Shown here piece by piece: positions 1 to 16,900 of a stretch of DNA of 64,000 nt. The translations under genes were made by a program, and so were the position numbers. The stretch comes from Nemertoderma westbladi (taxonomy: Eukaryota > Animalia > Xenacoelomorpha): assembly GCA_032718475.1 (NCBI GenBank), contig JAUCBJ010006717.1, forward strand, positions 62,001 to 126,000, read 5' to 3'. A model generated the notes under the pieces. That model was not told the origin of the DNA, did not search any database, and saw only the letters and a list, made by a program, of their open reading frames with translations. Position 1 is the stretch's first letter; each line of letters begins with the position of its first letter.

Positions 1-3000
1 TAACAATCAGAATGGAATTAACAATCAGAATGGAATGAACAATCAGAATGGAATTAACAATCAGAATGGAATGAACTATCAGAATGGAATGAACTATCAG
101 AATGGAATGAACTATCAGAATGGAATTAACAATCAGAATGGAATTAACAATCAGAATGGAATTAACAATCAGAATGGAATGAACTATCAGAATGGAATGA
201 ACTATCAGAATGGAATGAACTATCAGAATGGAATGAACTATCAGAATGTAATGAACTATCAGAATGGAATGAACTATCAGAATGGAATGAACTATCAGAA
301 TGTAATGAACTATCAGAATGGAATGAACTATCAGAATGGAATGAATGAACTATCAGAATGGAATGAATGAACTATCAGAATGGAATGAACTATCAGAATG
401 GAATGAACTATCAGAATGTAATGAACTATCAGAATGGAATGTACTATCAGAATGGAATGAACTATCAGAATGGAATGAACTATCAGAATGGAATGAATGA
501 ACTATCAGAATGGAATGAACTATCAGAATGGAATGAATGAACTATCAGAATGGAATGAACTATCAGAATGGAATGAATGAACTATCAGAATGGAATGAAC
601 TATCAGAATGGAATGAACTATCAGAATGGAATGAACTATCAGAATGGAATGAACTATCAGAATGGAATGAACTATCAGAATGGAATGAACTATCAGAATG
701 GAATGAACTATCAGAATGGAATGAACTATCAGAATGGAATGAACTATCAGAATGGAATGAATGAACTATCAGAATGGAATGAACTATCAGAATGGAATGA
801 ATGAACTATCAGAATGGAATGAACTATCAGAATGGAATGAACTATCAGAATGGAATGAATGAACTATCAGAATGGAATGAACTATCAGAATGGAATGAAC
901 TATTAGAATGGAATGAACTATCAGAATGGAATGAATGAACTATCAGAATGGAATTAACAATCAGAATGGAATGAACTATCAGAATGGAATGAACTATCAG
1001 AATGGAATGAACTATCAGAATGGAATGAACTATCAGAATGGAATGAACTATCAGAATGGAATGAATGACCAGTATGGAATGAATGAACTATCAGAATGGA
1101 ATGAACTATCAGAATGGAATGAACTATCAGAATGGAATTAACAATCAGAATGGAATGAACAATCAGAATGGAATTAACAATCAGAATGGAATGAACTATC
1201 AGAATGGAATGAACTATCAGAATGGAATGAACTATCAGAATGGAATGAACTATCAGAATGGAATGAACTATCAGAATGGAATGAACTATCAGAATGGAAT
1301 GAACTATCAGAATGGAATGAATGAACTATCAGAATGGAATGAACTATCAGAATGGAATGAATGAACTATCAGAATGGAATGAACTATCAGAATGGAATGA
1401 ACTATCAGAATGTAATGAACTATCAGAATGGAATGTACTATCAGAATGGAATGAACTATCAGAATGGAATGAACTATCAGAATGGAATGAATGAACTATC
1501 AGAATGGAATGAATGAACTATCAGAATGGAATTAACAATCAGAATGGAATTAACAATCAGAATGGAATGAACAATCAGAATGGAATTAACAATCAGAATG
1601 GAATGAACTATCAGAATGGAATGAACTATCAGAATGGAATGAACTATCAGAATGGAATGAACAACCAGTATGGAATGAATGAACTATCAGAATGGAATGA
1701 ATGAACTATCAGAATGGAATTAACAATCAGAATGGAATGAACTATCAGAATGGAATGAACTATCAGAATGGAATTAACAATCAGAATGGAATGAACAATC
1801 AGAATGGAATTAACAATCAGAATGGAATGAACTATCAGAATGTAATGAACTATCAGAATGGAATGTACTATCAGAATGGAATGAACTATCAGAATGGAAT
1901 TAACAATCAGAATGGAATGAACAATCAGAATGGAATTAACAATCAGAATGGAATGAACTATCAGAATGTAATGAACTATCAGAATGGAATGTACTATCAG
2001 AATGGAATGAACTATCAGAATGGAATGAACTATCAGAATGGAATGAATGAACTATCAGAATGGAATGAATGAACTATCAGAATGGAATTAACAATCAGAA
2101 TGGAATTAACAATCAGAATGGAATGAACAATCAGAATGGAATTAACAATCAGAATGGAATGAACTATCAGAATGGAATGAACTATCAGAATGGAATGAAC
2201 TATCAGAATGGAATGAACTATCAGAATGGAATGAACTATCAGAATGTAATGAACTATCAGAATGGAATGAACTATCAGAATGGAATGAACTATCAGAATG
2301 TAATGAACTATCAGAATGGAATGAACTATCAGAATGGAATGAATGAACTATCAGAATGGAATGAATGAACTATCAGAATGGAATGAACTATCAGAATGGA
2401 ATGAACTATCAGAATGTAATGAACTATCAGAATGGAATGTACTATCAGAATGGAATGAACTATCAGAATGGAATGAACTATCAGAATGGAATGAATGAAC
2501 TATCAGAATGGAATGAATGAACTATCAGAATGGAATTAACAATCAGAATGGAATTAACAATCAGAATGGAATGAACAATCAGAATGGAATTAACAATCAG
2601 AATGGAATGAACTATCAGAATGGAATGAACTATCAGAATGGAATGAACTATCAGAATGGAATTAACAATCAGAATGGAATTAACAATCAGAATGGAATTA
2701 ACAATCAGAATGGAATGAACTATCAGAATGGAATGAACTATCAGAATGGAATGAACTATCAGAATGGAATGAACTATCAGAATGTAATGAACTATCAGAA
2801 TGGAATGAACTATCAGAATGGAATGAACTATCAGAATGTAATGAACTATCAGAATGGAATGAACTATCAGAATGGAATGAATGAACTATCAGAATGGAAT
2901 GAATGAACTATCAGAATGGAATGAACTATCAGAATGGAATGAACTATCAGAATGTAATGAACTATCAGAATGGAATGTACTATCAGAATGGAATGAACTA

Positions 3001-4712
3001 TCAGAATGGAATGAACTATCAGAATGGAATGAATGAACTATCAGAATGGAATGAATGAACTATCAGAATGGAATGAACTATCAGAATGGAATGAACTATC
3101 AGAATGGAATGAACTATCAGAATGGAATGAATGACCAGTATGGAATGAATGAACTATCAGAATGGAATTAACAATCAGAATGGAATTAACAATCAGAATG
3201 GAATGAACAATCAGAATGGAATTAACAATCAGAATGGAATGAACTATCAGAATGGAATGAACTATCAGAATGGAATGAACTATCAGAATGGAATGAACTA
3301 TCAGAATGGAATGAACTATCAGAATGTAATGAACTATCAGAATGGAATGAACTATCAGAATGGAATGAACTATCAGAATGGAATGAACTATCAGAATGGA
3401 ATGAATGAACTATCAGAATGGAATGAACTATCAGAATGGAATGAACTATCAGAATGGAATGAACTATCAGAATGGAATGAATGAACTATCAGAATGGAAT
3501 GAACTATCAGAATGGAATGAACTATCAGAATGGAATGAACTATCAGAATGGAATGAACTATCAGAATGGAATGAACTATCAGAATGGAATGAACTATCAG
3601 AATGGAATGAACTATCAGAATGGAATGAACTATCATAATGGAATGAACTATCAGAATGGAATAAACTATCAGAATGGAATGAACTATCAGAATGGAATAA
3701 ACTATCAGAATGGAATGAACTATCAGAATGGAATGAACTATCAGAATGGAATGAACTATCAGAATGGAATGAACTATCAGAATGGAATGAACTATCAGAA
3801 TGGAATGAACTATCAGAATGGAATGAACAATCATAATGGAATGAACTATCAGAATGGAATGAACTATCAGAATGGAATAAACTATCAGAATGGAATGAAC
3901 TATCAGAATGGAATAAACTATCAGAATGGAATGAACTATCAGAATAGAATGAACTATCAGAATGGAATGAACTATCAGAATGGAATGAACTATCAGAATG
4001 GAATGAACTATCAGAATGGAATGAACTATCAGAATGGAATGAACTATCAGAATGGAATGAACTATCAGAATGGAATGAACTATCAGAATGGAATGAACTA
4101 TCAGAATGGAATGAACTATCAGAATGGAATGAACAATCATAATGGAATGAACTATCAGAATGGAATGAACTATCAGAATGGAATGAACTATCAGAATGGA
4201 ATGAACTATCAGAATGGAATGAACTATCAGAATGGAATGAACTATCAGAATGGAATGAACTATCAGAATGGAATGAACTATCAGAATGGAATGAACTATC
4301 AGAATGGAATGAACTATCAGAATGGAATGAACTATCAGAATGGAATGAACAATCAGAATGGAATGAACTATCAGAATGGAATGAACTATCAGAATGGAAT
4401 GAACTATCAGAATGGAATGAACTATCAGAATGGAATGAACTATCAGAATGGAATGAACAATCATAATGGAATGAACTATCAGAATGGAATGAACTATCAG
4501 AATGGAATGAACTATCAGAATGGAATGAACTATCAGAATGGAATGAACTATCAGAATGGAATGAATGAACTATCAGAATGGAATGAACTATCAGAATGGA
4601 ATGAACTATCAGAATGGAATGAACTATCAGAATGGAATGAACTATCAGAATGGAATGAACTATCAGAATGGAATGAACTATCAGAATGGAATGAACTTTC
4701 AGAATGGAATGA

Positions 4713-7700
4713 ATGAACTATCAGAATGGAATGAACTATCAGAATGGAATGAACTATCAGAATGGAATGAACTATCAGAATGGAATGAATGAACTATCAG
4801 AATGGAATGAACTATCAGAATGGAATGAACTATCAGAATGGAATGAACTATCAGAATGGAATGAACTATCAGAATGGAATGAACTATCAGAATGGAATGA
4901 ACTATCAGAATGGAATTAACAATCAGAATGGAATGAACTATCAGAATGGAATGAACTATCAGAATGGAATGAACTATCAGAATGGAATTAACAATCAGAA
5001 TGGAATTAACAATCAGAATGGAATTAACAATCAGAATGGAATGAACTATCAGAATGGAATGAACTATCAGAATGGAATGAACTATCAGAATGGAATGAAC
5101 TATCAGAATGTAATGAACTATCAGAATGGAATGAACTATCAGAATGGAATGAACTATCAGAATGTAATGAACTATCAGAATGGAATGAACTATCAGAATG
5201 GAATGAATGAACTATCAGAATGGAATGAATGAACTATCAGAATGGAATGAACTATCAGAATGGAATGAACTATCAGAATGTAATGAACTATCAGAATGGA
5301 ATGTACTATCAGAATGGAATGAACTATCAGAATGGAATGAACTATCAGAATGGAATGAATGAACTATCAGAATGGAATGAATGAACTATCAGAATGGAAT
5401 GAACTATCAGAATGGAATGAACTATCAGAATGGAATGAACTATCAGAATGGAATGAATGACCAGTATGGAATGAATGAACTATCAGAATGGAATTAACAA
5501 TCAGAATGGAATTAACAATCAGAATGGAATGAACAATCAGAATGGAATTAACAATCAGAATGGAATGAACTATCAGAATGGAATGAACTATCAGAATGGA
5601 ATGAACTATCAGAATGGAATGAACTATCAGAATGGAATGAACTATCAGAATGTAATGAACTATCAGAATGGAATGAACTATCAGAATGGAATGAACTATC
5701 AGAATGGAATGAACTATCAGAATGGAATGAATGAACTATCAGAATGGAATGAACTATCAGAATGGAATGAACTATCAGAATGGAATGAACTATCAGAATG
5801 GAATGAATGAACTATCAGAATGGAATGAACTATCAGAATGGAATGAACTATCAGAATGGAATGAACTATCAGAATGGAATGAACTATCAGAATGGAATGA
5901 ACTATCAGAATGGAATGAACTATCAGAATGGAATGAACTATCAGAATGGAATGAACTATCAGAATGGAATAAACTATCAGAATGGAATGAACTATCAGAA
6001 TGGAATAAACTATCAGAATGGAATGAACTATCAGAATGGAATGAACAATCATAATGGAATGAACTATCAGAATGGAATGAACTATCAGAATGGAATGAAC
6101 TATCAGAATGGAATGAACTATCAGAATGGAATGAACTATCAGAATGGAATGAACTATCAGAATGGAATGAACTATCAGAATGGAATGAACTATCAGAATG
6201 GAATGAACTATCAGAATGGAATGAACTATCAGAATGGAATGAACTATCAGAATGGAATGAACAATTAGAATGGAATGAACTATCAGAATGGAATGAACTA
6301 TCAGAATGGAATGAACTATCAGAATGGAATGAACTATCAGAATGGAATGAACTATCAGAATGGAATGAACTATCAGAATGGAATGAACAATCAGAATGGA
6401 ATGAACTATCAGAATGGAATGAACTATCAGAATGGAATGAACTATCAGAATGGAATGAACTATCAGAATGGTGAATGAACTATCAGAATGGAATGAACTA
6501 TCAGAATGGAATGAACTATCAGAATGGAATGAACTATCAGAATGGAATGAACTATCAGAATGGAATGAACTATCAGAATGGAATGAACTATCAGAATGGA
6601 ATGAACTATCAGAATGGAATGAACTATCAGAATGGAATGAACTTTCAGAATGGAATGAATGAACTATCAGAATGGAATGAACTATCAGAATGGAATGAAC
6701 TATCAGAATGGAATGAACTATCAGAATGGAATGAATGAACTATCAGAATGGAATGAACTATCAGAATGGAATGAACTATCAGAATGGAATGAACTATCAG
6801 AATGGAATGAACTATCAGAATGGAATGAACTATCAGAATGGAATGAACTATCAGAATGGAATTAACAATCAGAATGGAATGAACTATCAGAATGGAATGA
6901 ACTATCAGAATGGAATGAACTATCAGAATGGAATTAACAATCAGAATGGAATTAACAATCAGAATGGAATTAACAATCAGAATGGAATGAACTATCAGAA
7001 TGGAATGAACTATCAGAATGGAATGAACTATCAGAATGGAATGAACTATCAGAATGTAATGAACTATCAGAATGGAATGAACTATCAGAATGGAATGAAC
7101 TATCAGAATGTAATGAACTATCAGAATGGAATGAACTATCAGAATGGAATGAATGAACTATCAGAATGGAATGAATGAACTATCAGAATGGAATGAACTA
7201 TCAGAATGGAATGAACTATCAGAATGTAATGAACTATCAGAATGGAATGTACTATCAGAATGGAATGAACTATCAGAATGGAATGAACTATCAGAATGGA
7301 ATGAATGAACTATCAGAATGGAATGAATGAACTATCAGAATGGAATGAACTATCAGAATGGAATGAACTATCAGAATGGAATGAACTATCAGAATGGAAT
7401 GAATGACCAGTATGGAATGAATGAACTATCAGAATGGAATTAACAATCAGAATGGAATTAACAATCAGAATGGAATGAACAATCAGAATGGAATTAACAA
7501 TCAGAATGGAATGAACTATCAGAATGGAATGAACTATCAGAATGGAATGAACTATCAGAATGGAATGAACTATCAGAATGGAATGAACTATCAGAATGTA
7601 ATGAACTATCAGAATGGAATGAACTATCAGAATGGAATGAACTATCAGAATGGAATGAACTATCAGAATGGAATGAATGAACTATCAGAATGGAATGAAC

Positions 7701-7960
7701 TATCAGAATGGAATGAACTATCAGAATGGAATGAACTATCAGAATGGAATGAATGAACTATCAGAATGGAATGAACTATCAGAATGGAATGAACTATCAG
7801 AATGGAATGAACTATCAGAATGGAATGAACTATCAGAATGGAATGAACTATCAGAATGGAATGAACTATCAGAATGGAATGAACTATCAGAATGGAATGA
7901 ACTATCAGAATGGAATAAACTATCAGAATGGAATGAACTATCAGAATGGAATAAACTATC
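4713..7960 (+). repeat. Higher-order duplication, offset 1946 bp
   Basis: Identical variant strings at 4713/6659, 4789/6735, 5475/7421; ACTTTCAG marker at about 4695/6641. Confidence 0.85.
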
Positions 7961-10900
7961 AGAATGGAATGAACTATCAGAATGGAATGAACTATCAGAA
8001 TGGAATGAACTATCAGAATGGAATGAACTATCAGAATGGAATGAACTATCAGAATGGAATGAACTATCAGAATGGAATGAACAATCATAATGGAATGAAC
8101 TATCAGAATGGAATGAACTATCAGAATGGAATAAACTATCAGAATGGAATGAACTATCAGAATGGAATAAACTATCAGAATGGAATGAACTATCAGAATG
8201 GAATGAACTATCAGAATGGAATGAACTATCAGAATGGAATGAACTATCAGAATGGAATGAACTATCAGAATGGAATGAACTATCAGAATGGAATGAACTA
8301 TCAGAATGGAATGAACTATCAGAATGGAATGAACTATCAGAATGGAATGAACTATCAGAATGGAATGAACTATCAGAATGGAATGAACTATCAGAATGGA
8401 ATGAACTATCAGAATGGAATGAACTATCAGAATGGAATGAACTATCAGAATGGAATGAACTATCAGAATGGATTGAACTATCAGAATGGAATGAACTATC
8501 AGAATGGAATGAACTATCAGAATGGAATGAACTATCAGAATGGAATGAACTATCAGAATGGAATGAACTATCAGAATGGAATGAACTATCAGAATGGAAT
8601 GAACAATCAGAATGGAATGAACTATCAGAATGGAATGAACTATCAGAATGGAATGAACTATCAGAATGGAATGAACTATCAGAATGGAATGAACTATCAG
8701 AATGGAATGAACTATCAGAATGGAATGAACAATCATAATGGAATGAACTATCAGAATGGAATGAACTATCAGAATGGAATGAACTATCAGAATGGAATGA
8801 ACTATCAGAATGGAATGAATGAACTATCAGAATGGAATGAACTATCAGAATGGAATGAACTATCAGAATGGAATGAACTATCAGAATGGAATGAACTATC
8901 AGAATGGAATGAACTATCAGAATGGAATGAACTATCAGAATGGAATGAACTTTCAGAATGGAATGAATGAACTATCAGAATGGAATGAACTATCAGAATG
9001 GAATGAACTATCAGAATGGAATGAATGAACTATCAGAATGGAATGAACTATCAGAATGGAATGAACTATCAGAATGGAATGAACTATCAGAATGGAATGA
9101 ACTATCAGAATGGAATGAACTATCAGAATGGAATGAACTATCAGAATGGAATGAACTATCAGAATGGAATGAACTATCAGAATGGAATGAACTATCAGAA
9201 TGGAATGAACTATCAGAATGGAATGAACTATCAGAATGGAATGAACTATCAGAATGGAATGAATGAACTATCAGAATGGAATGAACAATCAGAATGGAAT
9301 GAATGAACTATCAGAATGGAATGAACTATCAGAATGGAATGAACTATCAGAATGGAATGAACTATCAGAATGGAATGAACTATCAGAATGGAATGAACTA
9401 TCAGAATGGAATGAACTATCAGAATGGAATGAACAATCAGAATGGAATGAATGAACTATCAGAATGGAATGAACTATCAGAATGGAATGAACTATCAGAA
9501 TGGAATGAACTATCAGAATGGAATGAACTATCAGAATGGAATGAATAAACTATCAGAATGGAATGAACAATCAGAATGGAATGAATGAACTATCAGAATG
9601 GAATGAACTATCAGAATGGAATGAACTATCAGAATGGAATGAACTATCAGAATGGAATGAATGAACTATCAGTATGGAATGAACTATCAGAATGGAATGA
9701 ACTATCAGAATGGAATGAACTATCAGAATGGAATGAACTATCAGTATGGAATGAATGAACTATCAGAATGGAATGAACAATCAGAATGGAATGAATGAAC
9801 TATCAGAATGGAATGAACTATCAGAATGGAATGAATGAACTATCAGAATGGAATTAACAATCAGAATGGAATTAACAATCAGAATGGAATGAACAATCAG
9901 AATGGAATTAACAATCAGAATGGAATGAACTATCAGAATGGAATGAACTATCAGAATGGAATGAACTATCAGAATGGAATGAACTATCAGAATGGAATGA
10001 ACTATCAGAATGTAATGAACTATCAGAATGGAATGAACTATCAGAATGGAATGAACTATCAGAATGTAATGAACTATCAGAATGGAATGAACTATCAGAA
10101 TGGAATGAATGAACTATCAGAATGGAATGAATGAACTATCAGAATGGAATGAACTATCAGAATGGAATGAACTATCAGAATGTAATGAACTATCAGAATG
10201 GAATGTACTATCAGAATGGAATGAACTATCAGAATGGAATGAACTATCAGAATGGAATGAATGAACTATCAGAATGGAATGAATGAACTATCAGAATGGA
10301 ATTAAAAATCAGAATGGAATTAACAATCAGAATGGAATGAACAATCAGAATGGAATTAACAATCAGAATGGAATGAACTATCAGAATGGAATGAACTATC
10401 AGAATGGAATGAACTATCAGAATGGAATTAACAATCAGAATGGAATTAACAATCAGAATGGAATTAACAATCAGAATGGAATGAACTATCAGAATGGAAT
10501 GAACTATCAGAATGGAATGAACTATCAGAATGGAATGAACTATCAGAATGTAATGAACTATCAGAATGGAATGAACTATCAGAATGGAATGAACTATCAG
10601 AATGTAATGAACTATCAGAATGGAATGAACTATCAGAATGGAATGAATGAACTATCAGAATGGAATGAATGAACTATCAGAATGGAATGAACTATCAGAA
10701 TGGAATGAACTATCAGAATGTAATGAACTATCAGAATGGAATGTACTATCAGAATGGAATGAACTATCAGAATGGAATGAACTATCAGAATGGAATGAAT
10801 GAACTATCAGAATGGAATGAATGAACTATCAGAATGGAATGAACTATCAGAATGGAATGAACTATCAGAATGGAATGAACTATCAGAATGGAATGAATGA

Positions 10901-13900
10901 CCAGTATGGAATGAATGAACTATCAGAATGGAATTAACAATCAGAATGGAATTAACAATCAGAATGGAATGAACAATCAGAATGGAATTAACAATCAGAA
11001 TGGAATGAACTATCAGAATGGAATGAACTATCAGAATGGAATGAACTATCAGAATGGAATGAACTATCAGAATGGAATGAACTATCAGAATGTAATGAAC
11101 TATCAGAATGGAATGAACTATCAGAATGGAATGAACTATCAGAATGGAATGAACTATCAGAATGGAATGAATGAACTATCAGAATGGAATGAACTATCAG
11201 AATGGAATGAACTATCAGAATGGAATGAACTATCAGAATGGAATGAATGAACTATCAGAATGGAATGAACTATCAGAATGGAATGAACTATCAGAATGGA
11301 ATGAACTATCAGAATGGAATGAACTATCAGAATGGAATGAACTATCAGAATGGAATGAACTATCAGAATGGAATGAACTATCAGAATGGAATGAACTATC
11401 AGAATGGAATAAACTATCAGAATGGAATGAACTATCAGAATGGAATAAACTATCAGAATGGAATGAACTATCAGAATGGAATGAACTATCAGAATGGAAT
11501 GAACTATCAGAATGGAATGAACTATCAGAATGGAATGAACTATCAGAATGGAATGAACTATCAGAATGGAATGAACAATCATAATGGAATGAACTATCAG
11601 AATGGAATGAACTATCAGAATGGAATAAACTATCAGAATGGAATGAACTATCAGAATGGAATAAACTATCAGAATGGAATGAACTATCAGAATGGAATGA
11701 ACTATCAGAATGGAATGAACTATCAGAATGGAATGAACTATCAGAATGGAATGAACAATCATAATGGAATGAACTATCAGAATGGAATGAACTATCAGAA
11801 TGGAATAAACTATCAGAATGGAATGAACTATCAGAATGGAATAAACTATCAGAATGGAATGAACTATCAGAATAGAATGAACTATCAGAATGGAATGAAC
11901 TATCAGAATGGAATGAACTATCAGAATGGAATGAACTATCAGAATGGAATGAACTATCAGAATGGAATGAACTATCAGAATGGAATGAACTATCAGAATG
12001 GAATGAACTATCAGAATGGAATGAACTATCAGAATGGAATGAACTATCAGAATGGAATGAACTATCAGAATGGAATGAACTATCAGAATGGAATGAACAA
12101 TCAGAATGGAATGAACTATCAGAATGGAATGAACTATCAGAATGGAATGAACTATCAGAATGGAATGAACTATCAGAATGGAATGAACTATCAGAATGGA
12201 ATGAACTATCAGAATGGAATGAACAATCATAATGGAATGAACTATCAGAATGGAATGAACTATCAGAATGGAATGAACTATCAGAATGGAATGAACTATC
12301 AGAATGGAATGAATGAACTATCAGAATGGAATGAACTATCAGAATGGAATGAACTATCAGAATGGAATGAACTATCAGAATGGAATGAACTATCAGAATG
12401 GAATGAACTATCAGAATGGAATGAACTATCAGAATGGAATGAACTTTCAGAATGGAATGAATGAACTATCAGAATGGAATGAACTATCAGAATGGAATGA
12501 ACTATCAGAATGGAATGAACTATCAGAATGGAATGAATGAACTATCAGAATGGAATGAACTATCAGAATGGAATGAACTATCAGAATGGAATGAACTATC
12601 AGAATGGAATGAACTATCAGAATGGAATGAACTATCAGAATGGAATGAACTATCAGAATGGAATGAACTATCAGAATGGAATGAACTATCAGAATGGAAT
12701 GAACTATCAGAATGGAATGAACTATCAGAATGGAATGAACTATCAGAATGGAATGAACTATCAGAATGGAATGAATGAACTATCAGAATGGAATGAACAA
12801 TCAGAATGGAATGAATGAACTATCAGAATGGAATGAACTATCAGAATGGAATGAACTATCAGAATGGAATGAACTATCAGAATGGAATGAACTATCAGAA
12901 TGGAATGAACTATCAGAATGGAATGAACTATCAGAATGGAATGAACAATCAGAATGGAATGAATGAACTATCAGAATGGAATGAACTATCAGAATGGAAT
13001 GAACTATCAGAATGGAATGAACTATCAGAATGGAATGAACTATCAGAATGGAATGAATGAACTATCAGAATGGAATGAACAATCAGAATGGAATGAATGA
13101 ACTATCAGAATGGAATGAACTATCAGAATGGAATGAACTATCAGAATGGAATGAACTATCAGAATGGAATGAATGAACTATCAGTATGGAATGAACTATC
13201 AGAATGGAATGAACTATCAGAATGGAATGAACTATCAGAATGGAATGAACTATCAGTATGGAATGAATGAACTATCAGAATGGAATGAACAATCAGAATG
13301 GAATGAATGAACTATCAGAATGGAATGAACTATCAGAATGGAATGAATGAACTATCAGAATGGAATTAACAATCAGAATGGAATTAACAATCAGAATGGA
13401 ATGAACAATCAGAATGGAATTAACAATCAGAATGGAATGAACTATCAGAATGGAATGAACTATCAGAATGGAATGAACTATCAGAATGGAATGAACTATC
13501 AGAATGGAATGAACTATCAGAATGTAATGAACTATCAGAATGGAATGAACTATCAGAATGGAATGAACTATCAGAATGTAATGAACTATCAGAATGGAAT
13601 GAACTATCAGAATGGAATGAATGAACTATCAGAATGGAATGAATGAACTATCAGAATGGAATGAACTATCAGAATGGAATGAACTATCAGAATGTAATGA
13701 ACTATCAGAATGGAATGTACTATCAGAATGGAATGAACTATCAGAATGGAATGAACTATCAGAATGGAATGAATGAACTATCAGAATGGAATGAATGAAC
13801 TATCAGAATGGAATTAACAATCAGAATGGAATTAACAATCAGAATGGAATGAACAATCAGAATGGAATTAACAATCAGAATGGAATGAACTATCAGAATG

Positions 13901-16900
13901 GAATGAACTATCAGAATGGAATGAACTATCAGAATGGAATTAACAATCAGAATGGAATTAACAATCAGAATGGAATTAACAATCAGAATGGAATGAACTA
14001 TCAGAATGGAATGAACTATCAGAATGGAATGAACTATCAGAATGGAATGAACTATCAGAATGTAATGAACTATCAGAATGGAATGAACTATCAGAATGGA
14101 ATGAACTATCAGAATGTAATGAACTATCAGAATGGAATGAACTATCAGAATGGAATGAATGAACTATCAGAATGGAATGAATGAACTATCAGAATGGAAT
14201 GAACTATCAGAATGGAATGAACTATCAGAATGTAATGAACTATCAGAATGGAATGTACTATCAGAATGGAATGAACTATCAGAATGGAATGAACTATCAG
14301 AATGGAATGAATGAACTATCAGAATGGAATGAATGAACTATCAGAATGGAATGAACTATCAGAATGGAATGAACTATCAGAATGGAATGAACTATCAGAA
14401 TGGAATGAATTACCAGTATGGAATGAATGAACTATCAGAATGGAATTAACAATCAGAATGGAATTAACAATCAGAATGGAATGAACAATCAGAATGGAAT
14501 TAACAATCAGAATGGAATGAACTATCAGAATGGAATGAACTATCAGAATGGAATGAACTATCAGAATGGAATGAACTATCAGAATGGAATGAACTATCAG
14601 AATGTAATGAACTATCAGAATGGAATGAACTATCAGAATGGAATGAACTATCAGAATGGAATGAACTATCAGAATGGAATGAATGAACTATCAGAATGGA
14701 ATGAACTATCAGAATGGAATGAACTATCAGAATGGAATGAACTATCAGAATGGAATGAATGAACTATCAGAATGGAATGAACTATCAGAATGGAATGAAC
14801 TATCAGAATGGAATGAACTATCAGAATGGAATGAACTATCAGAATGGAATGAACTATCAGAATGGAATGAACTATCAGAATGGAATGAACTATCAGAATG
14901 GAATGAACTATCAGAATGGAATAAACTATCAGAATGGAATGAACTATCAGAATGGAATAAACTATCAGAATGGAATGAACTATCAGAATGGAATGAACTA
15001 TCAGAATGGAATGAACTATCAGAATGGAATGAACTATCAGAATGGAATGAACTATCAGAATGGAATGAACTATCAGAATGGAATGAACAATCATAATGGA
15101 ATGAACTATCAGAATGGAATGAACTATCAGAATGGAATAAACTATCAGAATGGAATGAACTATCAGAATGGAATAAACTATCAGAATGGAATGAACTATC
15201 AGAATGGAATGAACTATCAGAATGGAATGAACTATCAGAATGGAATGAACTATCAGAATGGAATGAACAATCATAATGGAATGAACTATCAGAATGGAAT
15301 GAACTATCAGAATGGAATAAACTATCAGAATGGAATGAACTATCAGAATGGAATAAACTATCAGAATGGAATGAACTATCAGAATAGAATGAACTATCAG
15401 AATGGAATGAACTATCAGAATGGAATGAACTATCAGAATGGAATGAACTATCAGAATGGAATGAACTATCAGAATGGAATGAACTATCAGAATGGAATGA
15501 ACTATCAGAATGGAATGAACTATCAGAATGGAATGAACTATCAGAATGGAATGAACAATCATAATGGAATGAACTATCAGAATGGAATGAACTATCAGAA
15601 TGGAATGAACTATCAGAATGGAATGAACTATCAGAATGGAATGAACTATCAGAATGGAATGAACTATCAGAATGGAATGAACTATCAGAATGGAATGAAC
15701 TATCAGAATGGAATGAACTATCAGAATGGAATGAACTATCAGAATGGAATGAACTATCAGAATGGAATGAACAATCAGAATGGAATGAACTATCAGAATG
15801 GAATGAACTATCAGAATGGAATGAACTATCAGAATGGAATGAACTATCAGAATGGAATGAACTATCAGAATGGAATGAACTATCAGAATGGAATGAACAA
15901 TCATAATGGAATGAACTATCAGAATGGAATGAACTATCAGAATGGAATGAACTATCAGAATGGAATGAACTATCAGAATGGAATGAATGAACTATCAGAA
16001 TGGAATGAACTATCAGAATGGAATGAACTATCAGAATGGAATGAACTATCAGAATGGAATGAACTATCAGAATGGAATGAACTATCAGAATGGAATGAAC
16101 TATCAGAATGGAATGAACTTTCAGAATGGAATGAATGAACTATCAGAATGGAATGAACTATCAGAATGGAATGAACTATCAGAATGGAATGAACTATCAG
16201 AATGGAATGAATGAACTATCAGAATGGAATGAACTATCAGAATGGAATGAACTATCAGAATGGAATGAACTATCAGAATGGAATGAACTATCAGAATGGA
16301 ATGAACTATCAGAATGGAATGAACTATCAGAATGGAATGAACTATCAGAATGGAATGAACTATCAGAATGGAATGAACTATCAGAATGGAATGAACTATC
16401 AGAATGGAATGAACTATCAGAATGGAATGAACTATCAGAATGGAATGAATGAACTATCAGAATGGAATGAACAATCAGAATGGAATGAATGAACTATCAG
16501 AACGGAATGAACTATCAGAATGGAATGAACTATCAGAATGGAATGAACTATCAGAATGGAATGAACTATCAGAATGGAATGAACTATCAGAATGGAATGA
16601 ACTATCAGAATGGAATGAACAATCAGAATGGAATGAATGAACTATCAGAATGGAATGAACTATCAGAATGGAATGAACTATCAGAATGGAATGAACTATC
16701 AGAATGGAATGAACTATCAGAATGGAATGAATGAACTATCAGAATGGAATGAACAATCAGAATGGAATGAATGAACTATCAGAATGGAATGAACTATCAG
16801 AATGGAATGAACTATCAGAATGGAATGAACTATCAGAATGGAATGAATGAACTATCAGTATGGAATGAACTATCAGAATGGAATGAACTATCAGAATGGA

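Noticed and set aside
6465-6480. Unique 20-bp monomer GAATGGTGAATGAAC
   Set aside because: It is a singleton 2-bp loss from a 22-mer that is absent from homologous copies; it cannot be distinguished from sequencing error.
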